From: Octopus bimaculoides
Taxonomy: Eukaryota
Reading direction: 5' to 3'
Length of the DNA stretch: 64,000 nt
Assembly (NCBI RefSeq): GCF_001194135.2
Contig: NC_068982.1
Span: forward strand, 177,995,780-178,059,779
A program made the position numbers and the translations under genes. Of the stretch, positions 36,931 to 50,779 are shown in pieces (positions within the stretch are counted from its first letter, which is position 1; every line of letters starts with the position of its first letter). The notes beneath the pieces were generated by a model that was not told the origin of the DNA, ran no database searches, and worked only from the letters and a program-made list of their open reading frames with translations.

Positions 36931-37453
36931 TTTACTGAACTTGACAACTAAATGAAAATTTCTTGAATCACATCTAATTCCTTATAACAACAGAGAATTA
37001 AATAATTATAGCAAAGTTTCAAGAAATATATATGCCTCTCATTTAAAACTTTAGTTTCAGATACTGGTCTGTAACAAAGTTATCACACAACTAGAGATTG
37101 CTTAGCAAGTATTTTGGTGATAATATTTAGAAAGTGGTCGAACATAATGAAAGCAGAAGTATTTATTGAAGAAGTATAAGAATTATTTATAAATAAAAGG
37201 TCAAATCCATTAGCACAACTGAAATACAAAAATAAAACAAAACCTTTTAATAGCAAGAATAGAAATTCGTTATTTGCTATCACAGATATAATTCAACATC
37301 TTGTAACAAGTTTGCAGTCCAGACTTGCTGAAGAAAGATTGTGCGTTTTTCATCATGCAACATGACTGTATCTTCTAAGCCATGACTGTAACCCCAGGCC
37401 AATCATAGGCTTGAGTGGATTTGGCAGACAGAAACTAAAAGAATCCCATCCTC

Positions 37454-37456
<3 letters not shown>

Positions 37457-37525
<69 letters not shown>
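37457..37525. repeat. (GT)n microsatellite inside a SINE/RTE remnant
   Basis: Directly visible; preceded by GGATTTGGCAGACAGAAACT SINE segment. Confidence 0.9.
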
Positions 37526-37530
<5 letters not shown>

Positions 37531-38792
37531 GCATGCGTGCATGTGTCTCTCCTTGTCTTGACATCATATGATGGTTGTAAATGTCACTATCATTCAAGCA
37601 GTGTCATTTGTTTTTAGTCTTCCATGAAAACATATCCAACCCAAAAGATGCTCAGAATCACATAACTTGGAAACAGGTGAAGGTTGGTCACAGGAAGGGC
37701 ATCCAGCTGTAGAAAAATCTGCCTCAATGAATTCCATCTGACCCATGCAAGCATGGAAAAGTGGGCATTAAAACAATGATGATGATTAATATTGAAAAGG
37801 AAAATTACTAAAATTGTGATACTTGGTGCTGATGCTCAGAATCACTAGTTTTAATTTTATCAAGTAATATAATTTAAATTGAATATCAATGAAATTAATT
37901 TTTCTTGCGCTAGCTGTTAAATCATACCTGCACCATAATATTTCATTCAAGTTAATACAAAGTTTAATCAATCATACTGGTACTGGAAGGTTTGTGAAAG
38001 CCATCAATACATCCATTTCTCCAGCCCATGTCATTAAAAATAGTAAATCATTTATGACACAACTAGTCATGAAAAAAAAAAGAACTTTTCCTCTCTAACA
38101 AAATGGAAGATGCTAGATTGACATAAGTTTCAAGTGGAATCTTTTCCTTATAAACTTCAAGCAAGCTAAAAATATACACATACTTGAATATATATGCAAT
38201 ATTTCTTTCGACATCTAAGTCAAGTGGGATTCACAGCTAAATTCAATGTGATCTTCAGGTTTCTTTATGACTTGAGTCACAACAATTAAATACCTACACA
38301 CACACAAATGTAGTTCTAAGAACTTGAGATCAACTGGTTAAGAGATTTTATATTCAAACAGTATAAACACTGGTCAAATGTCAGAACTGAACTTAATCTA
38401 AAACAGTAGTTCTTAACCAATTTTAGCTCTCTCTTTCAACTCTGATAATAAATCTGACAGTAATGACTCAATAGTTATAGAAATACAAAGGATACAAATT
38501 GAAAGTCATTAGTTATCTACATATCCACACTCATACATTATAAATTATCAATTTTGAAACAAATTTATTTTTGAGCAATAAACAATAAGAGAAAGTGTGA
38601 GATAAAAAAAATTCATTAAATTGCTACTTTGAACATGATGATCCAATAAGTTTTCAATATTAGGTCCAAGTTTCACAAAGTTACTTATTTACAGTCTATT
38701 TCACTGTTTAGTTAACAAGTGCAATAAAACACTGAATCCTCTCTCAATCAAGTATAAAGGAAAAATAATGAGCAACAATTTTATTTAAATAT

Positions 38793-38793
<1 letters not shown>

Positions 38794-38844
<51 letters not shown>
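38794..38844. repeat. (CA)n microsatellite
   Basis: Directly visible. Confidence 0.9.
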
Positions 38845-38849
<5 letters not shown>

Positions 38850-39007
38850 TACATTTTTTTTTTAGCAATAGAACTTGAGATCCACTAGCAAAGAGATATT
38901 ACATTTAAACAGTAAATTCTGATCAAGTGTCAAACCCAAACTTACTCTCACCCAAACTGAGGACAATTGTTTTGCATATTTAGCTAGAATACTTTATACA
39001 ACTCACT

Positions 39008-39215
39008 CCTGACTGGCCTTCGTGCCGGTGGCACGTAAAAGCACCCACTACACTCTCTGAGTGGTTGGCGTTAGGAAGGGCATCCAGCTGTAGAAACTCT
39101 GCCAAATCAGATTGGAGCCTGGTATAGCCATCTGGTTCACCAGTCCTCAGTCAAATCGTCCAACCCATGCTAGCATGGAAAGCGGACGTTAAACGATGAT
39201 GATGATGATGATGAT
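39008..39215 (+). mobile_element. Young RTE 3' end, (GAT)n tail
   Basis: Near-identical to other young copies. Confidence 0.82.
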
Positions 39216-40300
39216 TAATTCATCAGATAGGTCTTGATGAGTAAAAATGAACATATGAAAGATAGATTTGTAGCCCACATGAGTATTTTCAGTTCATCAA
39301 AATCTTTAAATCCGATCATCATATCTTTCAGCACCTGAAGAGGGGAATAATGACACTCCGGATTTGTATCTAATATCAAATCACTCATCATGTTCATTTT
39401 TTGTATATTTGGAAACTACTGAAAATTGAACCTTGCAATGCTATTTTTGTACAATATAATTTTGCTATTAAAATAATTTATAATTCTTGCTTTAATAAGG
39501 TCATATTGTTTCCCTGTAATATGATGTTCATTTCATTCATTTAGTTAAATATGTCAAAGAGACAAGTAATGTGAAGACTTTTACTTTTCTTGCTCATTAC
39601 ATATTTCCTTATCACACAACTTGAAAAATTCCAAAATAGTATCACAGAGCTCATAAAGCATCACAGACAGTCTGCCCTTGCAAGCCTCAGAATTCAGTGC
39701 ATAGCAAAAGATGTTCAAATTCTTCATTTTCATGGCAAAGTTTCCAAAAAATACAGATATTCAACAGATAAGCTTTTATCATATTCACTGTTTTAATAAC
39801 ATTGTACAAAGTCTAATGTTAAGATGTTTTGCAACTAACTGTTGTCAGTGAATAATACAGTGAACTGCAAAGATATTTGGAGCTGCTGCTTTTAAATCCA
39901 CTATAAATTCACAACATCTACAATAGGTGTTCCATCAGTTGTACATGCAATAGCAAAAGTGGACATAACATTTTTATCATTAAAGAAGTGGTCAAGTACT
40001 CTATAAATTGTAGAACCTTTTGTGTCAGTGTTCAGTTGTTTGACAAATAAGACCTTTCTATAACCTCTTGATTAGTATTTGAATAACACTCATAGAACAA
40101 TAAGAAAAATTCTAGGTAAAGTTGTCTCCATTTCTTCAAGAGAGGACAAAGGAACACAATAATTGGTGGAATGTTGGGTTGGAGAAAATTTGCCCAATGC
40201 AGAAAGGCAGGAAAAACACAGGTGTACTGATGACAATGATGATGATAAACCAACTTCTATATTTCAGATATTTGTAGTACTTCTTTTCTTGAAGACTAAC

Positions 40301-40610
40301 CATCATCATCATCATCATCGTTTAACGTCCGCTTTCCATGCTAGCCTGGGTTGGACGATTTGACTGAGGACTGGTGAACCAGATGGCTATACCAGGCTCC
40401 AATCTGACTTGGCAGAGTTTCTACAGCTGGATGCCCTACTTAATGCCAACCACTCCGAGAGTGTAGTGGGTGCTTTTACATGCCACCGGCACGAAGGCCA
40501 GTCAGGCGGTACTGGCAACGGCCACGCTCAAAATGGTGTATTTTACGTGCCACCTGCACAGGAGCCAGTTCAACGGCACTGGTAACGATCTCGCTCGAAG
40601 AACTAGCATT
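40301..40610 (-). mobile_element. Young RTE 3' end, inverted
   Basis: CATCATCATC...GTTTAACGTCCGC start. Confidence 0.82.
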
Positions 40611-41349
40611 AAAAAAAAGTCCTAATTTCAATTAGGTGCTGAGAATGGAAGGACCTTAAAAAACCAACATGGAGAAAGCAAAAGTTTTTTTGGTTACTTG
40701 GAAATTGACAAAGGAACAATCCTTTCATTTTTGAAAATTGACAAAAATTAATGACCATCGTATGATCCCCATCATTTGATGTCTGGCTTCAATGGTTCAA
40801 CAGGATCTGCAATATCTACTTTGGCATAGTTTCTTCCACTGGATGTTCAATCTTACACCAATTACTTTCACAAAATATATTAGGTACTTTTTGTAGCACA
40901 AATGAAGATTGTCTTCTAACTTGCAAAGCTAAAGGCCTAAAGTGGCCCTATAACTGTGAGAGAATAGAAGAGAGTGTGTGTGATGAAAATAAGCAGGGGA
41001 ATGATGTCTCTGTTGTCCCTCTCTCTAGTGCATTTCCTTAGCCCTTTCAGTAGTTGACAATGATACTGCTACACTAGTCATTGAGTATGACACCTTCCCA
41101 TACTATGTGGTTAACTCTGCAAGTGACTAACGTATGTTCTCCTTTTTCAAATATATTAAGCATCTCAGCAACTAACCCTAGTGGATTGACTACTTTCTCT
41201 GCCTTTATATCCCTAAAAATTATGCTTGCAATCATACAGCTGTCAACTTTTAATAGCTGGCCTCTCTGCTGAGTCTACTTAAGGTAGACCCTTTCTCTTC
41301 ATCCAGTGACATCTCATAACAGTACTTTCATGCCTATCTCTTTTTAGTA

Positions 41350-41840
41350 TCAGTATGAGCAAGTGTACTGTTATCACTGAAGTCCACAACCATGCCAAGA
41401 TACCCAACAGCGCCATCTGTACTGGCTAGTCACATATATTGTATGCGAGACGGGAGGATCCTAAAAGACCTCTTGCATGGAGAACTGGCCACCAACGCAA
41501 GAGCACAAGGCTGACCACATCTTCATTTCTATGATACCTGCAAGAGAGATATGAAGTCAATAGATCTGGACGTCCTGAGATAGAAAGAGGTCACTAATGA
41601 TTGCCCACACTGGAGATAAATACTATGCAAGAAGATGGAGTGAAAAGAGAAACTGAAACTTGCTACCAAAGAAAAGCATACTTGAACAAAGGAAAATACA
41701 GTAGTGCAGGGGGAGTGCATCTTTAGATGCAGTCACTGCATGCAAGACTTCCATTCCCATGTGGGCCTGTACAGCTACACTGACACAAAATTCTGCAGGT
41801 GGAGATCCATGATCTTTTGAGACTGACAAATGCCATCAAA
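41350..41840 (+). mobile_element. Degenerate RTE (BovB-like) 3' fragment
   Basis: Remnant reading like ...GRILKDLLHGELAT...YDTCKRDMK..., typical of RTE C-termini. Confidence 0.6.
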
Positions 41841-42325
41841 TTGTTATACTTCTCCCCCAACAATGTCTTGATACTTTTTAGTACACTACTTTGCAGTGTA
41901 GTATATCTTGTGCCTCTGGTCAGGGTAAGCATAAATTCAAAGCTAACATGAGACATATGAATGAAATAAGAAGAAAAGGAAAAAGAAAAAAAAATTGTAA
42001 GATAGAGAAAGACAGAAGTCAATCAACATGTAATAAACCCTGAAGTTTATATGACCTTGTCATTGACTAACAGTTGCAGTGGAACTGTTTGAGTAATCAG
42101 ATCAGTGGTGTGCCAAAAATTTTTAACACCTCAAGAAATAAATGGAAAGTGAATTGAACAGATTTTGTGTGCTTTTAAATAGATAAAATGGCATTTCTAT
42201 GACATAAATGCTTTTCCAGATCATTTACATAATATACAACATTCAACCTGGAACTCTTACAGTCAGCCCTTTACATAAACTAGTTTTATTAAATATTTTT
42301 AAAAACATAACAGATAACATCTTAC

Positions 42326-42494
42326 TTTCTGTTCTTTAACAATTTCTTTAAGGGTTATGTGGTGGCTTCGGCTTACAGATGATGATTTGTAAAAATTCAC
42401 TAAAGCTCCAAGTGTTGGGAATTTATCTGACTCCCATATAAAATGACCATCATTCTGTTTGTATATTTTGAAATGTTGTACTTCACACATGTAT
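42326..42494 (-). CDS. GRB2/Drk-like adaptor, second SH2 exon
   Basis: TTTTCTCAG|...AAA|GTAAGA; 169 nt, YMCEVQHFKIYKQNDGHFIWESDKFPTLGALVNFYKSSSVSRSHHITLKEIVKEQK, cf. GRB2 VQHFKV...SVSRNQQIFLRDI. Confidence 0.92.
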
Positions 42495-43766
42495 CTGAGA
42501 AAAGAAATTAAGAAAATATTATTTATGCAAAACTTGAAATTAACAATACATTTGAATAAAAGACAGCAATGTTTTTAATTTTCACTGGTTTTTCTCAATA
42601 ACAATAAATAAACTGGGCTTTAAGACCCGTTCCACTCTAAGTGAACATTTAGTCATTTTACATATATTACAATTTTGTAAATTAATATGTTTTACACATG
42701 AGCAAATATAATACAGTGCAAATGGAAGTCATTACCATAATCAATCAAATCCTTGTTTTCTTGCCCATTCAAATGATAGGGGCTACATCAAAGAATATTT
42801 TCAAGCTACCCAAGTATTGTGTCACATGCAAGTAGCCTGCTCCAACTTATCCTAAGACAAACTGTCATAAATGTCCTTAATAAAATTTTCGTTTACTTTT
42901 TCATGTAATTTATAATCATGCTTTCATATATATTAATAATTTAACTTATCACTTTGATACCCAACAAAACTTTCTTTTCTTAGAAGGGGTCTGCAACACC
43001 TCTTGTGAATCCACCCCAGCTTTCATTAATGGAAACATCAAAATATTTTGCAACAGGAATTTTGGGTCTTGTTGAAGCTCATCAAAATTTACATTACATT
43101 ATTCCAAGGAATAAGACTCAAAACACTGCACCCTGGCTGAGTCAAAATCTTGTTGGGCCACTCCATCACACAGTTTATAGACAGCAGATTCAGTTTAATG
43201 ATTACTTATTAACTCAAATATATTTAAGACTTCAGTAACTAATTACACCCTCTTCCTTCTCTAAATTAACTGCCTTTTTACTATCACTAATAACAGCATA
43301 GATCACATCCTCTGATTCTTGCTTGGTGTATGTGAACAGGCCTTGTTCCTCATATGACCACAGCCTCTCTCTAATATACACATATCCTCTTCATAATCAC
43401 AGACTTGTTTGAAAAATATTGATGGAGAGATTGAGAAAACTTTAGTGTGGGTAATGGTCATAGTTCTAAATTTTTGATAACTTGATAACTGTATAAAGTT
43501 CAAATACTCCTTACTCTGTACAATACAGATCATCAGGATGGAATACTTGCTACAGACACTTACACAATCATAATCTCTCTCTCTCTCTCTCTCTCTCATT
43601 GCATTCAAGAAAAATATCTGTACTGATTGATAGGCAATTTGATCAATACTCTTTAATCACAATTCTACTCGTACATCAATGGGTTCTTTCTAATTAATTT
43701 ACATACTAAATTACATTCATTGTGTACATAAAATGATGCTTTCACTTTCTTTCTGCTTTCTCACTA

Positions 43767-43987
43767 CAGTAATCCCTCAACTATCGCAGGTGTTACATTT
43801 CAAAATCTCTCATGATAGGTAAAAATCCATGAAGAAGAAACAGTACTGAACTATATTTTTAAAAATCATTTTTATAATTTGTATATATTCATTTCATCAT
43901 AAATACAAAACAACACTACAGAGGAATCGATATAAGCTTAAATAATAAACCACATTAAGTGAACCGCTAAATGGCAAAGGATTACTG
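43767..43987. mobile_element. Tigger/pogo-type MITE
   Basis: TA|CAGTAATCCCT ... AAGGATTACTG|TA. Confidence 0.7.
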
Positions 43988-44202
43988 TAAACCTTATACA
44001 AATTCTTTCCTTAGTCTATCTTGGGACTTTACAATCACTGAAACAACTCAAACTGAACATTTTTTTATCTTTATCCCCTGCATTTATAAAATGATATATA
44101 AAAGCTATTAGCTCTACCTCTCTGCTTAGTATGATGAAAAAAGTAAAAAAAAAACAATAAATACACAAAGTTTTTATATATGAAAAATATCCTAAAACTT
44201 AC

Positions 44203-44346
44203 TTGACAGACAAACTATGTTCTCCTTCTTGTCGACCTTTCCTCACAAGGAAGGCACCATCACCATTGACATACTGCATGTTGTTATTCTTAGCCAAAAG
44301 CATTCTTTCTGCCTCTTGCCGCGTAACGTCTAACATCAACCAATTG
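44203..44346 (-). CDS. GRB2/Drk-like adaptor, first SH2 exon
   Basis: TTTTTAAG|...AA|GTAAGT; 144 nt, NWLMLDVTRQEAERMLLAKNNNMQYVNGDGAFLVRKGRQEGEHSLSVK with the FLVR signature. Confidence 0.9.
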
Positions 44347-44649
44347 CTTAAAAAAGAAAAACAACAAAAACATAATACCTTTTATCTTCTACAAAGGTAA
44401 AGTGAAGATTAAAGCTGGTAGTCTGTAAGCTGAGAGTTCTCATCCAGTTCCAACTACTTCACAAGTCTTGTCAATATTGTTATTATTTAACCATTATTAT
44501 TACTACTACTAATTTTACATGATTCTTCTACATAAGTCAGACACATTTCCAGAGACAGATTTCTGTCCTCCTTAACAACAAAATTAAACACTAATTGTCT
44601 TAAAAATATGTTGAATATTAAAGCAACACAGTATAAACAGTATTTACAT

Positions 44650-45430
44650 CTCGGTTCATTACAATGTTCCTTACACTATCTTCAATCAGAATAGTCAAGA
44701 AATAATGCACATCTTGGTCAAACTCCTAAATTTTCCTCTCTCAACAAGAAGTCTCTGCAATAACCAGTAAGGTCTCTGTAAAGCCAGGACTACTGAAGAC
44801 TCCACTTTCTAAATTTATGGGATCCAGTTGCCTCTCATCTTTTAGAATGAAAGTTCCCTGTCAGACTGCACATTAAAGTGTGTTAGTTGGGTTCCAACCA
44901 ATTTCATGCAATTGTACTGTTCAGCAATATCTTCCACATTCCTCTTCCTGTAAAAAAATTTTATATTTCTAACATCATGCACTCCTAGACAGATGAAGTC
45001 ATTCTTCATTCTTCTTTAATGTTCTGCTCACATTTAATTCAAACACCCAATTCATACCAAAACCTGTGCTGTGTCGATTAACAGAGACCATCATCACATC
45101 TTTTGATAGAGACATTATAATCTGGTCTCTTAACAGCTAACAGGATGTCTCCAATCCAAGAGATCAGAGATGGATGGAACCCACACATCAGCAGTTTAGC
45201 TAAGAAACTTGCATGCCAAACACAGTCAATGTTTTGCTAATGTTAAGTGCAATAATACCATTTTCACCATATACTATGATACTACTAGCAACACATCTGA
45301 AATTAATTAAGCAATATCACAGAGCTAATATTACCTACAACAAACCAGTTGTACTCTTGGTGTTCGGTTTACCTCTAGGCTGCTCTTTTTATTTCAATTA
45401 AATAACCAGTTCAATGGCAATTATGGAACA
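44650..45430 (-). mobile_element. Degenerate CR1-like LINE RT fragment
   Basis: Minus strand near 45210-45290 resembles ...IALNISKTLTVFGM (ALDISKAFDRVWH motif decayed). Confidence 0.45.
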
Positions 45431-47253
45431 ACTACCCACTAACAACAAATGTCTGTCTGATAGGTTGAAAACACAGTTGTAAATTACTAATAAGAGAAAG
45501 GTGTGAAAGTTTAAAATCTCCTTTAAGAGTTATTTGGTAAAGAACTATAACATAGAAGACAACTAGGTGTTCCTAAGTGACAACCTTCTATAAGCTACTT
45601 ACTGGCTTTGAATATGTAGCATTCAAAGTAGTATTCTGCAACAGTTAGATGCAGTGGATACAGTGACAGAATATTACAGTGAATGGGACTAGAAGACAGG
45701 GAGTTTTAAGGAGCAGTACCACCAAGATGGGTGTATTTAGTAAAGTAAGAAGCTTAGAATAGAAGGTTAGCTGAAATTGTGCACCATGAAAATCAGAGGT
45801 GTAAGTGTTTCAAATCACAAGATGAAGAAGGATATAATTTGAAAGAAATATGTTCAACTTTGGAGCATTTTGCCCATTGCTATGTTCTGAGTTCAAATTC
45901 CGTTGAGGTCAATTTTGCCTTTCATCCTTTCGGGGTCGATAAATTAAGTACCAGTGAAACACTGGGGTTGATGTAATCAACTAGTTCCCTTTCCCAAATT
46001 TCAGACCTTGTGCCTATAATAGAAAGGATTTGCCATCAGTGATAAACAAAGAACTATGAGAGGTTGTGGAATCAGAAATAAGAAAAAAGAATACTTCAAA
46101 TTAAAACTCATGGTTCACTGGCAATGCTCAGACCCAATTGAAAATATTCACTAAGATCAAGCATTAGTACATGGCAGTGGTCCTCAACAGCTGGTTTTTG
46201 TTTCATTTGTTAGACGCTGGATTACTTCAATGTACAGTGGCATCTGCTCAGTAGTCAAACTAAACAGTCACTTAAAAGAACCATTTGAAATCATGTGCTC
46301 AGTCTGTTAAGAGTGTCCTTTTTCATCCCACCTATATGTGTTGGCTCTTGAACCATTGTTGCAGAAGCCAGAAGTGTTGAGAGGCATCTCACTTGAACTG
46401 TAATATGAGAAGGCTGTGTAATCAAATGTAGATGTCACCATCATGATATCGGGCACCACAGACGTGAGGTGGTTGGCACTTTACTAAAAGAATACAAGGT
46501 GGTAACAAGGGAACACATTAAGTAAGACAAGTACAGCATTAACATAATAAATTACAAGTTAAATGAAATGAAAATTTTATAAAAACCGAAAAAGTACAGG
46601 CTGTTTTCTGAAGCCACTATGCAAAAGACAATATTGATAGGTTATATTGATTCCATATACTGGAAGGATAGACCTTATCATTATAATGGATTGTGCTATA
46701 ATATTCATTAATGATGGTACAAAATGTAGTGTGAGTTTTGTTAGTTGGTGGTGATTATGTAAAGTATATATTAGTTGTGCTATTACATTAAGTATTTGTG
46801 CATGTGTGGGTTGTGTACCTAATAGGCCTAAGTTTTTAGACTGTGTGTGAAATTGTAAGGATTGGTATAGATTATATGTCTATTTTATATGTCAGATCTT
46901 GTGCTCCAATAATTACTGGCATTGATGTTTACTTTCATACTCCACATTCTACTTATTTCTGTTTTAAGACCTTTGTATCTTTTTTAACTTCATTTTGCTC
47001 AATACTTCAGACAGAAAGGGTTAAGATGCTTTTTTAGAAAACATAGACTATTATTCCTGTCATTAATCATGATATCTGTTCCCCAATATTTTCATCAGTC
47101 TGCTCAAGCATGCCCATGATTATTACACCTGTTTAGTCATATGCTGGGTTTAGTACATATCAAATTATTCAAAGAACAGAGTTAACTAACCAATCATACT
47201 TCAAAATAAAACCAATCATATGTGGGGATCTATATTATCTTGACAAGGACTGG

Positions 47254-47295
<42 letters not shown>

Positions 47296-48035
47296 CGTGT
47301 GTACGCCCTTCTATTTTGGACTGTTGCTGGCTTTTACTCTGATTTCATTCCTCTTGATGGAATTTTATGCTATATTAGTGATGGAGTATTTTTTCCCTCC
47401 ACTTTTTAAAAATATATTTGATAGTTCCAACTTCATGGATCTTGTTCATTTTTTTTTTATAACCTTTTTACTATTTTTTGTCCTAATCTAAACATTGTGC
47501 CTCAATGTAGTTAGCTTCCAAGATGTATTTTATTGTTACTTTATATTGAGAGAAAAGTTATTTTTCATGCACCCTTATTTCATTAATCTCTTTCCCTTCA
47601 CCACTTTAAATATTTTGGGGGTTTACAGTTGTTATCTGTGTCAAGTTCTGTCCTCTCTATAAGCATAATTCAAATACCCTATCAATATTGTCTTTAGCAT
47701 AGTAACTTCAGAACAAGTAAAATTTTCTAGTTTTTCTGAAATCTTCACTCACTTTAACTTCCAATTATGTTGCTTCTGTAGTTTATGATTAGGGTAACTA
47801 ACATATCTACATCTGTTATCTTATCACTAGTGTTGAATATAGTTTCTCTTTCATTTCTGTGTTACATGTTATCAATTTCATGTTCGACTATTTGTAAGGG
47901 TGGTTCTAGTATAATTCTCTTATATCAACATTTAGAGCTAATTTAATGTTCTCAGTTCTAATTAATTTGTCTCCTCTGGGATTAGTTTTGGTGAAGGTGT
48001 CTAACAAGTATCCTCTTTATATTGTAGTTAAATTC

Positions 48036-48470
48036 ATCATCATCATCATCATCGTCGTCGTCGTTTAACATCCGCTTTCCATGCTAGCATGGGTTGGACG
48101 ATTTGACTGAGGACTGGTGAACCAGATGGCTACACCAAGCTCCAATCTGATTTGGCAGAGTCTCTACAGCTGGATGCCCTTCCTAACGCCAACCACTCCA
48201 GGAGTGCAGTGGGTGCTTTTACGTGCCACCGGCACGAAGGCCAGTCAGGCGGTACTGGCAACGGCCACGCTCAAAATGGTGTATTTTATGTGCCACCTGC
48301 ACAAGAGCCAGTCCAGGGGCACTGGCAACGATCTCGCTCGAAAATCCTATGAAGGCCAGTCAGGCGGTACTGGCAACGGCCATGCTCAAAATGGTGTATT
48401 TTATGTGCCACCCACACAAGAGCCAGTCCAGGGGCACTGGCAACGGTCTCGCTCGAAAATCCTTACACAT
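48036..48470 (-). mobile_element. Young RTE 3' end with tandem ~115-bp duplication
   Basis: GAAGGCCAGTCAGGCGGTACTGGCAACGGCC...CTCGCTCGAAAATCCT occurs twice (about 48236-48348 and 48351-48463). Confidence 0.82.
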
Positions 48471-50779
48471 GTCACAGGCACAACTGCCAGAAAGGCAATG
48501 CTGGGCACAGGTGCTATCCCGATTTCGCTTTCGCTTGCCCCAACAATTATTTTTGAAGGTGCCCAAGCTGATCAATTAAATCAAACGGCAGTGTTTTGAT
48601 AATACTTCATACATTGGGGTTACCATGACAGCCCATCAAAGTTAGGCCTAAACAATTGTAGCAACTTTAAGGGTTTTAGTTGCAGATTATTAATGTGTAG
48701 AGAGAGTGAGTTAGTAATTATCATTGTGCTGTTGAAAGAAACTAATTTAAATAAATTTTGTTGAGTCCTGGGAGAGTCACTATGCCAATAATAATAACAC
48801 ATGCACAGGCTCACAGCTTTATTTATTAGTCAATTGGTTAGATATCTAATCAATTAACTAATCGGTTGTTAGTTTAAGATGTTGGTTAAACAATCACTTA
48901 GTTGTCTGTTCTCTCATTGCTGTTTGCAACCTTCACAGTGACCCATAACTCCCAACCCACCCAATCTTTCATTGTAAGTTAGTTGCAAAAGATCTATTGG
49001 GTAAATAAGTAGAAATGATTTCTCAATAGAGTGGGATAGGAGTAGATCTGTCTCTACCATAGTCTACTGGCCAAGTGCTTATCTGCAGTCTCTACTGTGT
49101 TGAGCAGATGAAGAGGAAGACTACTTATGGACAGAATGTAAATATGTAGTTGGCAACATTTCCCACGGGAGGAACTGTATTCAATACTACAAACCAACAA
49201 ACCATTCATCGATTTTATACTTTAGCTGGTATATTTCACTGCTGTAAACAACGATATATACCATTTCATGGCATCTACCTATGAGGGAGTGCTGAAAAGC
49301 TATTTTAAGGGTATTGCAAAAGGCCTAGCTAGAGGCCCAACCTTCTAAGTTCTTTTACAAAGCTTAGAAAAAGTGAAAGACTGTTGCAGTAAGTGTGTGA
49401 ATCTGAGACAGGAATATGTTGAATAAAGTCATAATTAACTGATCCTCCTGTATTTTCTTTTACCCAAAGCCAGGAACCTTTCAGTACCTCTTTGTATAAG
49501 TGTGCAAACTGACCCATTGAGAGTTAACTGCTTTGAACATTAACAAACTACTGTAAACTGCTGACCTCTTGGCAAAGTGTCTAGTTCGCTATTGATCACT
49601 ATTGTTTTTTTTTTTTCTTTTTTTACATACAATAAAATGATAATTATGATGATGATAAACAGAGAAATTAACATGTAGAAGATGAAGAAAGCATGATAGT
49701 AAAACTATTACTACTTTGACATAAAAACAAAAGTAAATGAAAACAGTTATTGGTAAAGTCCATTACTACTTTATCACAACAATTATGCATCATGATAGTG
49801 CAGCACTAATCATTAATATGCTATCTTAGTAATAACTGTTGCTAATACAAGCAAGGCCACAAACATTGGAAAAAGGATTAGTCAATAATCTCAGCCTAGT
49901 ATTTTACTGGTCCTTTATTTTTATCAACCTTAGAAGGCAATGTTGACCTGAGTGGGATTTAACTCAAAATATAAGGAACCAAAACAAATACCACATGCCA
50001 TTCTGTCCAATGCTCTAATGATTCCACCAATCAACTGCTCTTGCCATCTCAAAAATACCAAAGCAAATTTAGAATTTTTAGCTGTTTGTGGATGCTATTA
50101 TAAACGATACCCATTTTTCTACAAAAAGGCAGATTGATAGATCCACAAAGTTATCCTATATGGGCTAAGTCTGCAGATTACTGGTTGAAGTGTTTGTCAA
50201 AAAAAGCATTGAATACTGATATGTAATATAAATCCCAGCTGCATAGAATTAATTTCAAATCTGGCCTGAGCTAATGTGACAAGGGTTATTTTGGCTTAAA
50301 CTCACTTCCTGGTTTATCAGGTTTAGATCTCAGTTTTACCTTTATTTTAGATAAGTGTGCTGATGTACTTTTAATCAATAAAACATTACAAGGGAAGCTA
50401 ATAATCCCTTTCAAAAGTTGTTATAATTTCATCAAAACATTGAATGTACAACCCAACATAGGTTAATGGTTAGTGATTTCAGACTTAGAGCCAAAAGGAC
50501 AAGGCCATATCCTACTCAGCAAGAGTTTGCAAAAGAAAGAAATGGAAAATCAAAGACCCAGCAACAGTCAGAAATTTAGAGAAACTCTAGTTGGAACATT
50601 TGACAAAAAGGAGGAAAAGTTAGAGACATGGACAAGTGGAAGTTCCTATAGGACAACCTACTGAAAATTACACACTAAATCTGTGATTGATGTAAAGTTT
50701 CAGCCAGACCTAGGCTGACATGGTGGAACAGTGAGGTAGATAGAGATATAAAATGCAAAAACACAGGCCTGAAAAAACT

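Noticed and set aside
48220-48470. CRISPR-like repeat/spacer appearance of RTE subrepeats
   Set aside because: Eukaryotic context, no unique spacers, no cas genes; units are LINE UTR tandem repeats.
49329-49517. ORF with GSWLWV, considered as an SH3 exon
   Set aside because: No splice sites or SH3 consensus; the true exon is 53562-53659 and joins 44346 in frame.
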